From a virus (taxonomy: Duplodnaviria; Caudoviricetes), in IMG/VR virus record IMGVR_UViG_2556921664_000001, positions 8,766 to 72,765 of that record: a stretch of DNA of 64,000 bases; one strand, 5' to 3'. How positions within the stretch are numbered: the first letter of the stretch is position 1; every line of letters begins with the position of its first letter. The notes beneath the pieces are model-generated. The model did not search any database, was not told where the DNA came from, and worked only from the letters and a program-made list of their open reading frames with translations. The position numbers and the translations under genes were made by a program. Shown piece after piece: positions 46,139-53,815 of the stretch.

Positions 46139-46366
46139 TCAGCCCTCCTCTACCAAATGGCAGCTGTCTTCTCCGTAGACCACATGAAGGCCGCTGCCGT
46201 TGTCCCAGGCAACCATGATGCTGCCTATGTCATCAACCCCCAGCACCGTCCCTCTGGTGCCCTGTGGTGGGGCCTGTGGGTCATCCATGGAATCCAGTTC
46301 CACCCGGCTCCCTTTGGTGTAAATCCTCCGCATTTTTGCAATCAGTTCCCTGCTTGGCATTTTCAT
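46139..46366 (-). CDS. DUF4314-like protein, copy 1
   Basis: GSRVELDSMDDPQAPPQGTRGTVLGVDDIGSIMVAWDNGS; start moved to 46366 on the GGAGG RBS. Confidence 0.85.
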   Translation of the reverse strand: MKMPSRELIAKMRRIYTKGSRVELDSMDDPQAPPQGTRGTVLGVDDIGSIMVAWDNGSGLHVVYGEDSCHLVEEG

Positions 46367-46407
46367 TTTCCGAATCCTCCTAATATGTTGTATTTGCCTT
46401 TTGGCAT

Positions 46408-46441
46408 GTACATACATCACTCTAAAGCACATAATTATCAA
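46408..46441 (-). promoter_or_regulatory. Cassette promoter, copy D
   Basis: TTGATA-N12-AGAGT-GATGTATG. Confidence 0.7.
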
Positions 46442-46494
46442 GCGATTTTGAAAGTATGCATAAGGCCACCCTGAGGGGCGGCCCTTGTTTTTTC

Positions 46495-46725
46495 TTAATC
46501 ATGCACTGGATGGCACTTATCTACACCGTAGGTCACATTAAGCTCACTGCCGTTATCCCAATCAACAATTATGCTCCCTGCGAGATCTACACCAAGTACC
46601 GTTCCTCTGGTTCCCTTTGGTGGTGCCTTGGGTTTCTCCATAAAATCCAGTTCCACCCTACTTCCTTCCGGATAGCATTCCCGCATTCTGTAGATGATAC
46701 TCCACTTTGGCATTCTCATTTTCAA
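46495..46725 (-). CDS. DUF4314-like protein, copy 2
   Basis: GSRVELDFMEKPKAPPKGTRGTVLGVDLAGSIIVDWDNGS. Confidence 0.85.
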   Translation of the reverse strand: MKMRMPKWSIIYRMRECYPEGSRVELDFMEKPKAPPKGTRGTVLGVDLAGSIIVDWDNGSELNVTYGVDKCHPVHD

Positions 46726-46759
46726 AATTCTCCTTAAGTGTTGTATTGCCTTCTGGCAC

Positions 46760-46793
46760 TTATATACATCACTCTAAAGCACACTATTATCAA
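46760..46793 (-). promoter_or_regulatory. Cassette promoter, copy E
   Basis: TTGATA-N12-AGAGT-GATGTATA. Confidence 0.7.
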
Positions 46794-46842
46794 GCGTTTT
46801 AGCAAGTATACAAAAGGCCGCCCAAAGGGCAGCCCGTTATTT

Positions 46843-47547
46843 TCACTCTGGTTTACCAGTTTTGAATGCACTGGAGCCTTCAAGTTTGCTCAGGAGAAGT
46901 TTTCTGTGAGGCTTATAAAAATTACCGATAAATCCAAGTCTTAAAAGGAAACACCTGAAGGCATATTTCTCATTCGTTACTTCCTTTTCCTTGGCACTAA
47001 TGCGTTTTTGGCACTTGGCCATTTTTGCAAGTTTTGAAATGAAGGTTGCGTAGATTATTTTTTCCCTATCTTCCAATGGATTCTGGAACCAAGGAAATCT
47101 TATTTGATTCCCCTCCACCTTTATTGGAAGTTCCTCAATTCCGAGGGCCTTCTTTATAAGGCTGCCCTTTGCTTTTATCAGGTTCTCCAGGTTTTGGAGG
47201 GAATTTTCATCGAAGCCCTCATAAGGGATTGCCATTTTGATTTCCTCTTCGCTGTCGGCCTCCTGTTGGCTGTCTGCCCCGTCAAGCTGCTCCAGCACCT
47301 TTCCGATGTTCTCGTTCTTTCCCCCGGCGAACCCGGCTTCGAGGAGTCCGTCAACTACCTTCTTGGCGATTTCGTTATCCCCTACTTCGTCAAATTCCAA
47401 GGTTCCTTCCTTGTCCAAGTGGAATGGGCCAATCTGGTAGGCGCAACTTGGCATTCCAAGGTACTTTGCCTTTTCCCCGGTAACCTTGCTGATCACCTTC
47501 ACCATTTCCTTGCGCTGTGCGCCTGTTCTGTCGTAATGAATCTTCAT
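46843..47547 (-). CDS. Conserved phage protein (234 aa), C-terminus similar to the amidoligase tail
   Basis: Ends NEKYAFRCFLLRLGFIG...RKLLLSKLEGSSAF, compared with NEKYTFRCWLLRLGLNG...RHHLLKNLEGNSAW in the amidoligase. Confidence 0.8.
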   Translation of the reverse strand: MKIHYDRTGAQRKEMVKVISKVTGEKAKYLGMPSCAYQIGPFHLDKEGTLEFDEVGDNEIAKKVVDGLLEAGFAGGKNENIGKVLEQLDGADSQQEADSEEEIKMAIPYEGFDENSLQNLENLIKAKGSLIKKALGIEELPIKVEGNQIRFPWFQNPLEDREKIIYATFISKLAKMAKCQKRISAKEKEVTNEKYAFRCFLLRLGFIGNFYKPHRKLLLSKLEGSSAFKTGKPE

Positions 47548-47585
47548 TTCTGATTTCCTCCTTTTTGGTGATGTTTATTTTGGTA

Positions 47586-47619
47586 TGTGTATGATTGCTC
47601 TAAGCAACATTTATAGCAA
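47586..47619 (-). promoter_or_regulatory. Cassette promoter, copy F
   Basis: TTGCTA-N12-AGAGC-AATCATAC. Confidence 0.65.
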
Positions 47620-47663
47620 GTTGTTTTTCGATAAATAATAATTATTTATTTTGCACATATTAC

Positions 47664-47700
47664 TTGCTAATTATGTGCTTTAGAGTGATATATACAGTAC
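47664..47700 (+). promoter_or_regulatory. Cassette promoter, copy G (divergent from F)
   Basis: TTGCTA-N12-AGAGT-GATATATAC. Confidence 0.7.
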
Positions 47701-47718
47701 CGAAAGAAAAGCACACCT

Positions 47719-48165
47719 TTGAAGGAGGAAAACAGCATGATTAAGGATTTTTACAACGAACTCAAGAACCTGAGAAGCCGCTACAAGGAGGCAACCACCG
47801 AAGAAGAAAAGAACCAGCTCAAAGCAGAATACAAAGACCTTGAGGCAAGGATCAAGGAACGCGGCGAAGGCTTCGCCTGGGTGTTCAGCCTTTACGAAAC
47901 AAGCCAGGAAAGAGAAAACAGCCGCCTCGACCTTGGCCAGGACTGCATTTGGGAAAAAGACATCCCGATGCTTTTAAAGGGCCTTGAGGACGCGGGAATC
48001 AAGGAATTTACCTTCAGCTCAACCTGGAGCAGCTCCAACAAGATTGCCTGGGAATTCACAAAATCAGGCTGGAAGCTGGAAGGAATGACCTTGGTGAACA
48101 CCCACAAGGCTTGGCCAGGCGAAGACTACCAGCAGGAACCGGCCTTCATTTTCACCCGCGGCTGA
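47719..48165 (+). CDS. Conserved phage protein (DUF7698-like)
   Basis: GIKEFTFSSTWSS...GWKLEGMTLVN...PAFIF; has its own promoter, RBS and GC hairpin. Confidence 0.75.
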   Translation: MKEENSMIKDFYNELKNLRSRYKEATTEEEKNQLKAEYKDLEARIKERGEGFAWVFSLYETSQERENSRLDLGQDCIWEKDIPMLLKGLEDAGIKEFTFSSTWSSSNKIAWEFTKSGWKLEGMTLVNTHKAWPGEDYQQEPAFIFTRG

Positions 48166-48279
48166 AAAGCCGCAGCCCCCGCCCCCTGCGAGGGGGCCTT
48201 TCCTCGTCTTATGAGAATATACAGTATACTCGCATTTCTAGTCTTCTCGAGTTTGCCATGCTAAAGTATCCGGGCCTAT

Positions 48280-49596
48280 TCAAGCTGAATGAGAACCCTT
48301 CTGCTTATCGGTTACTGAGGATTCCTTAAATTCAAGTTCCTCGTCTGTCGGGATATACACATCGTTGCAAGGAAGTTCCTCGCCATCTCTGATTACCCGC
48401 ACATCATCTGTTCCGTAGCTTGCCACAAATCTTCTGACAATGGCAGATGCGTATTTGGGATCAAGCTCCATGAGATAGGCTTTTCTATTCAGCTGGGCGG
48501 CTGCCATCATAGTAGAACCGCTGCCACCAAACAGGTCAAGAACTATGCCGTTCTCCTGGCAGGAGTTCTGCATCGGATAAGCTATCAACGGCAGTGGTTT
48601 CTGTGTCGGATGAAGCTTTGATTTCGTTGGCTTATCAAATTCCCAGACCGTGGTCTGCTTACGGTCACCATAGAATTTATGCTTGGCTGTGTCCTTAAAA
48701 GCATAAAGCACTGGCTCATGCCGCATCTGATAATCCATTCTCCCAATAACCAGAGCATTCTTTACCCAAATGCAGGTCGTGGAATAATGGAACCCAGCAT
48801 CCACAGAAGCATTGAAGAAGTTACATTTTTCCGCATCCGAATGGAACGCATAAAATGCGCCGCCATCAACCAGGCTGTTATAGGCATTCTTGAATGCGTC
48901 CAACAGGAAGTGATAGAAGGCTTCTCCATCACTCCATTTATCATTCATGATGGTCATTCCGGTACCGCCTTTATAAGCACAGTTATAAGGCGGGTCGGTA
49001 ATACACACATTTGCCTTCTGGCCGTTCATAAGTGTAGCTACATCTTTTGGATTTGTGGAATCACCACACAAAAGACGGTGTTCGCCCAGGAGCCAAAGGT
49101 CACCAGATTTAACAAAAGCCGCCGCATCAAGGGCGGCATTGACATCAAAGTCATCGTCCTCGGTGTCTTTATCATCTGTGCCAAAGAGATCGGCCAGTTC
49201 CTTTTCATCAAAGCCTGTAAGGCCAATATCGAAGCCCTCACTTTCAAGGGACTCAATCTCAATCTTTAAAAGCTCATCATCCCAGCCAGCATCCAAAGAC
49301 AATCTGTTGTCTGCCAGGATATAAGCTTTCTTCTGTGCTTCAGTAAGATAAGCAGCGGAGACACATGGTACCTGTTTCAAACCCAGTTGCTTTGCAGCGG
49401 CAATTCTGCCATGTCCTGCCAAAATGCCATGTTCTCCGTCTGTTATCACCGGATTAATAAACCCAAACTCTTTGATAGCACTTGCCAGCTTGGTCACCTG
49501 TTCAGGCGAGTGTGTTCTGGCATTGTTCACATAAGGAATAAGCTGGTCAACATCGACCAGCTCGTATTTCAATTTTTCCAAACAAATCACTTCCAA
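48280..49596 (-). CDS. ParB-like domain plus N4/N6 DNA methyltransferase
   Basis: NNARTH...ILAGHGR...LADNRL (ParB-like), TDPPY, HPTQKP, LDLFGGSGST. Confidence 0.92.
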   Translation of the reverse strand: MEVICLEKLKYELVDVDQLIPYVNNARTHSPEQVTKLASAIKEFGFINPVITDGEHGILAGHGRIAAAKQLGLKQVPCVSAAYLTEAQKKAYILADNRLSLDAGWDDELLKIEIESLESEGFDIGLTGFDEKELADLFGTDDKDTEDDDFDVNAALDAAAFVKSGDLWLLGEHRLLCGDSTNPKDVATLMNGQKANVCITDPPYNCAYKGGTGMTIMNDKWSDGEAFYHFLLDAFKNAYNSLVDGGAFYAFHSDAEKCNFFNASVDAGFHYSTTCIWVKNALVIGRMDYQMRHEPVLYAFKDTAKHKFYGDRKQTTVWEFDKPTKSKLHPTQKPLPLIAYPMQNSCQENGIVLDLFGGSGSTMMAAAQLNRKAYLMELDPKYASAIVRRFVASYGTDDVRVIRDGEELPCNDVYIPTDEELEFKESSVTDKQKGSHSA

Positions 49597-49633
49597 TCCT
49601 TCAAATGGTTGTTTTTTTAACCAGCACTCAATT

Positions 49634-50089
49634 GTGCTTCTTGCCCTAATGTATTACAATTTTTTTAAAGGGAGGTGCATTATTATGTGGCATTATTTGG
49701 TATTCCTTTTCCCGATAAAAATACCTAGTTTTGTGGCAATTATCATCTTTCTGGTAATCACACCGTGGATAATTTATAAGCTAATAAGTATCTTCTTTAC
49801 GGGTGCCGTTCCTGGTGTTTTGCATTGCTACCAAAGACTCTACAGGAGCATGGAAGAATACCTTGATGACCTCCATTGCAAAGAACTGCATAAACAGGCT
49901 GCAGCTTTAAGTGCCAAGGCAGCAAAAGAACGTTCAATATCTGCAGTAATCCCCGAAGATAAAAGACCATTAATCGATTATGAACCCAGCAATGAAATTC
50001 CACTAAGAGCAAAATTAGTAACATTGTATTTCTTTATTTGTGCAACTGTCGTACTGTTTGCCTTATACACATTTATCAAGAACCATTAG
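49634..50089 (+). CDS. Moron: membrane protein
   Basis: N- and C-terminal TM segments; opposite strand; own terminator at 50089-50109. Confidence 0.65.
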   Translation: MLLALMYYNFFKGRCIIMWHYLVFLFPIKIPSFVAIIIFLVITPWIIYKLISIFFTGAVPGVLHCYQRLYRSMEEYLDDLHCKELHKQAAALSAKAAKERSISAVIPEDKRPLIDYEPSNEIPLRAKLVTLYFFICATVVLFALYTFIKNH

Positions 50090-50115
50090 ACCTCACACCG
50101 TGTGAGGTCTTTTTT
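50089..50115 (+). terminator. Intrinsic terminator of the membrane moron
   Basis: GACCTCACA/TGTGAGGTC stem followed by a T tract. Confidence 0.75.
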
Positions 50116-50692
50116 ATTTCCTTTCCCTGGCTCTTAGCAGGCGCTCCATCAAATCATCTGACGGGGTGTCTCCCTCATAGCCGGTAACGCAGTTCTCTTT
50201 TACTATTTGGAATATCTCATTCCACAGCCTGTTGGCTTGGTTCATGTAGTTTATACCGATGTTTATGAATGGCGAGGTTATTGGCTTGCCGGAAGTCGGG
50301 TGTTTACTGAGCATACCCATACGGCTTGTCAGCTCCTCACACTGAATCCATCTGGCAGAGCACATGGCATAACGCTCCAAGAGCTGTTTACTAATCTTGG
50401 TATGCATACCGAGACGTTTCAGCCAGTTCCATGTTTCTGTATAAATCTCCTTAGCCTCAAGTTCACTTCCATCACGCTGCTGGGCGGAGAGGAACTCTCT
50501 TGGCTCCGGCATATCAGCACCTTCAAGTTCGACTGGTTCAGGCATATCAGGAATATCTAAGACAACTAACGGTCTGCCGCCTGGATTGCCTGTGGCCACC
50601 TTGTCAGCCAGTGCTTTTTTCTTACGACCAGCACCCGGCCTAGCACCTCCACGCCCTCCAATATTATTTGATTTAGTCGGCAAACCGAACAC
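50114..50692 (-). CDS. terS: Terminase small subunit (P27-like)
   Basis: GGARPGAGRK, LERYAMCSARWIQCE, HPTSGKPITSPFI; follows the HNH gene. Confidence 0.85.
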   Translation of the reverse strand: MFGLPTKSNNIGGRGGARPGAGRKKKALADKVATGNPGGRPLVVLDIPDMPEPVELEGADMPEPREFLSAQQRDGSELEAKEIYTETWNWLKRLGMHTKISKQLLERYAMCSARWIQCEELTSRMGMLSKHPTSGKPITSPFINIGINYMNQANRLWNEIFQIVKENCVTGYEGDTPSDDLMERLLRARERK

Positions 50693-50714
50693 TCCTTCCT
50701 TTTACCCTTCTGAA

Positions 50715-50795
50715 ATCGCACTTTTTCTGCGCGAGGGGGGTGCCCGCTGGACAAGCGTCCGCTCCACAGAGATTTTAGGCCCCCCTCCCCCTCAG
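50715..50795. other. Likely cos/packaging-initiation region
   Basis: GC-rich element with G/C runs between HNH and terS, the usual cos position in HNH-terS-terL phages. The cut site itself was not determined. Confidence 0.45.
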
Positions 50796-51166
50796 TACGT
50801 GTATTCCTTCTGCTTGTTCCACCTATCGCCCATGAGTGCCGTAATACGACTGTGACAAGCCTTACACAGACTCATGAGGTTCAGTGGATTATGATTACCA
50901 CCGTGATCCAGTGGCAGGATATGATGCACTTCCTCGACAGGTGTTACCCGCTTATTAAGCAGGCACATCTCACAGACAGGGTGTGCAGCTACATATCTCT
51001 TACGAGCCTTCTTCCATTGGTAACCGTAACGTTTACGTTCCTCTGGGGTTCGCTCGTAGTCTTTTTGATGCATGGCTTCATGTTCCTTGCAGTAGTTCCC
51101 GGCGGTCAGCTTCGGACAGCCAGGGTGCTTGCAAGGCTTCATTGGTTTCCTTGGCATACTAATCAC
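50792..51166 (-). CDS. HNH endonuclease (terminase-associated)
   Basis: CEMC...EVHHILPL..GG...NLMSLCKACH. Confidence 0.92.
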   Translation of the reverse strand: MISMPRKPMKPCKHPGCPKLTAGNYCKEHEAMHQKDYERTPEERKRYGYQWKKARKRYVAAHPVCEMCLLNKRVTPVEEVHHILPLDHGGNHNPLNLMSLCKACHSRITALMGDRWNKQKEYTY

Positions 51167-51233
51167 TCCAATAGAAAAGCCACCAAGGATTGCTCCCTGA
51201 TGGCTCGTCTTATCTTACTTTCTCTAGTTTATA

Positions 51234-51686
51234 CTATATCACACTACCAGTCGGACATTCTCGGACATTTTCGGACAAGATTTTGTCAGCTTCATTTAAT
51301 GCCTCGGTTTTAAACCTCCTCACCTGACGCTCCTCATACTTCATCTCAACAGCAATCTGTTCCCATCTCTTTCTTTGAAGATAACGCTTTGCTAAAACAA
51401 TACGATGCTCTAGTCTTGGTAACTTACCAATAACATCATTTATCTCCTGCTTAAGATTAACCAATTCATCAATCCTTGAATTAATCTTTCGCTCATAATC
51501 TATCAAGGAAACCATTGTGTCTTGGAACCTATCGTTGTTCTTTAATGGAGCTCCAGGCATATCATTTATCGTTGATGTAACTCGTGTGGCCATGTCACGA
51601 ATTGATTGTGATTCCTCAATAAGGGTATCAATCTCCATGTCCAATAATCTAGCTTTATTAAAAAGCTCTACAGCCTTCACCATCAA
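51234..51686 (-). CDS. ArpU/RinA-like late transcriptional activator
   Basis: C-terminal HTH RYLQRKRWEQIAVEMKYEERQVRRF; position before HNH/terS. Confidence 0.8.
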   Translation of the reverse strand: MMVKAVELFNKARLLDMEIDTLIEESQSIRDMATRVTSTINDMPGAPLKNNDRFQDTMVSLIDYERKINSRIDELVNLKQEINDVIGKLPRLEHRIVLAKRYLQRKRWEQIAVEMKYEERQVRRFKTEALNEADKILSENVRECPTGSVI

Positions 51687-51877
51687 TCACCTGCCTTAAG
51701 CCTACCCAGAACCATCTCGCCATCAAGCCCAGTGAGGTCACTGAACCACTTGGAAAGGAAGAACTTCTCCAGCTTATCCTTTTCGTATGATTCCTTCTCG
51801 TGTCTGACAGCTCTGTAATCCTTGGCTGCCTGTTTTACAATGGCCTGCACGAGGTTAAAAATGCCATTTTCACACAT
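51683..51877 (-). CDS. Small phage protein (64 aa)
   Basis: AIVKQAAKDYR...FFLSKWFSDLTGLDG. Confidence 0.7.
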   Translation of the reverse strand: MCENGIFNLVQAIVKQAAKDYRAVRHEKESYEKDKLEKFFLSKWFSDLTGLDGEMVLGRLKAGD

Positions 51878-53215
51878 CTATATCACCGCCTTAACCGCAT
51901 CTATTAGTGCCGACTGAGTTGTATCTTTTGCCTTTAAAGCCTTAAGGATTCTCCCATCAACTGTGTCCTTGCAGATAATGTGCTGGATGACAACAGTACC
52001 TGCTGACTGTCCCTGCCGCCAGAGTCTTGCGTTGGTCTGCTGGTAAAGTTCCAAAGACCAGGTAAGACCGAACCACACCAGTGTGTTTCCTCCTGCCTGA
52101 AGGTTCAGTCCATGGCCAGCTGAAGCGGGATGAATAACAGCCACAGGGATTTTGCCTTCATTCCAGTCAGCAATATCAGCACTGGTCTTTATCTCTCGTA
52201 CCTTGAACCGACTGCTGATAGCTTCAAGGTCATGCTTAAACCAATATGCAATTAGCAGGGGCTGGCCGTTGGCTGACTCGATAATGTCCTCAAGGGCATC
52301 CAGCTTTCGGTCGTGGATTTTCACCACATTCTTACTCTCATCATAGATCCTGCCATTGGACATCTGACACAGCTTGTTGGTAAGACTTGCAGCATTGGCG
52401 GCAGTAATAGCTCCATCCGGGAGTTCCATAACCATCTCATCTTTGAGTTCATCATATTTGGCTCGTTCCTTTGGGCTCATCTCCACTTCTATCTCGTTGG
52501 TGATGAGTTCCGGCATATCAAGGTGGTCAATGGCTGACATTGATATGGTGATGTCCGAGATTTTCTCATAGATTTCCTTTTCAGCAAATGGAAGTGGCTT
52601 GTAAGAATACACAATATATCCGTTCATCTTGTCCGGCCGGAAATACCACTCACGGTAATTTCCGATGAACCGCCCCAGTCTCTTTCCATAATCCAGAATC
52701 TTGAACTGCGCCCAAAGGTCCATCAGTCCGTTGCTGGAAGGTGTTCCAGTAAGACCTACAATCCTTTTAACAAACGGCCGCATCCTGCACATTGCTTTGA
52801 AGCGCTTGCTTCTGTGGTTCTTAAACGAACTCAGCTCATCGATTACAACCATATCAAAGTTCCAATCACAGTGTTTTACCAGCCAATCAACATTCTCCCT
52901 GTTGATGATAACTATCTGGGCTGAGCTGTCATTAATGGCTGCCATTCTTTCCTTGGTGCTGCCAACAGCAACAGTGTGTCGGAGCCCACTAATATGATCC
53001 CACTTCTTTATCTCAGCCGGCCATGTATCTCGTGCAACTCTCAGTGGTGCGATAACAAGAACACGCTTCACCACTCCTTTATCCAGCAAATCCTTTAATG
53101 CTGTGAGGGTTATTGCTGTCTTGCCCAAGCCCATATCAAGCAGCAGGCAGGATATTTCATTGTTTTCCACAAAGTCGATGGCATATTGCTGATAGCCATG
53201 TGGTTTAAACTCCAT
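51878..53215 (-). CDS. SNF2-family helicase
   Basis: LDMGLGKT, VIDELS, LTGTP, GHGLNLQ, QQTNARLWRQGQ. Confidence 0.93.
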   Translation of the reverse strand: MEFKPHGYQQYAIDFVENNEISCLLLDMGLGKTAITLTALKDLLDKGVVKRVLVIAPLRVARDTWPAEIKKWDHISGLRHTVAVGSTKERMAAINDSSAQIVIINRENVDWLVKHCDWNFDMVVIDELSSFKNHRSKRFKAMCRMRPFVKRIVGLTGTPSSNGLMDLWAQFKILDYGKRLGRFIGNYREWYFRPDKMNGYIVYSYKPLPFAEKEIYEKISDITISMSAIDHLDMPELITNEIEVEMSPKERAKYDELKDEMVMELPDGAITAANAASLTNKLCQMSNGRIYDESKNVVKIHDRKLDALEDIIESANGQPLLIAYWFKHDLEAISSRFKVREIKTSADIADWNEGKIPVAVIHPASAGHGLNLQAGGNTLVWFGLTWSLELYQQTNARLWRQGQSAGTVVIQHIICKDTVDGRILKALKAKDTTQSALIDAVKAVI

Positions 53216-53483
53216 CGGCTATCACCTCCAGCATCGGCTTAATCTGCTCTGCTCCATCAATCACATAACACTTGAAGCCCAGCTTCTTAAGCTGTTTCAT
53301 TCTTATCTGTTGCAGTTTTCTTGGTTTTTCCCCGGGAGCCTTAAGCTCCACAAAGGCACACTTGCCATTTGGGAGAAGCACCAGTCTGTCTGGGATACCA
53401 GCCAGTCCAGTCTGCTTTAAGCACATACCATTTCTATTCTTAACTTCATCACAAAGTTTTCGTTCAATCTGCTTCTCAAGCAT
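53205..53483 (-). CDS. VRR-NUC domain nuclease
   Basis: GIPDRLV...FVELKAPG. Confidence 0.9.
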   Translation of the reverse strand: MLEKQIERKLCDEVKNRNGMCLKQTGLAGIPDRLVLLPNGKCAFVELKAPGEKPRKLQQIRMKQLKKLGFKCYVIDGAEQIKPMLEVIADGV

Positions 53484-53494
53484 CTAAATCACCT

Positions 53495-53815
53495 CAATTT
53501 ATAGTTTTGTCACGAAAAAACAGGCTTCTGTCAAAGGCTGTCTTGTTTTCAAAAAAGTGGCCTTAAGCTCCGACATCAGTGTTTTAAAGCCTGATTTAGT
53601 CATTTTGGCACCCATAGTCCAGCGAATATATAAATTTTCCGATATCTTAATATCTAGAAAATTAGTAAATATATATATATTTAAAAAAGGGTTTTTATAT
53701 TCTCTATAAGCGACAAAATGACAATAATCAGACATCACAGAATTGATGCGGTATGAAGTGTCAAAATCATGCCTTGCACAAGCCAGACAAAAACTGACAC
53801 AAGCCCATTGTCACA
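53495..53815. other. Candidate replication origin downstream of the primase gene
   Basis: AT-rich core (~53640-53705) flanked by many TGTC/GACA half-sites in both orientations. Confidence 0.4.
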
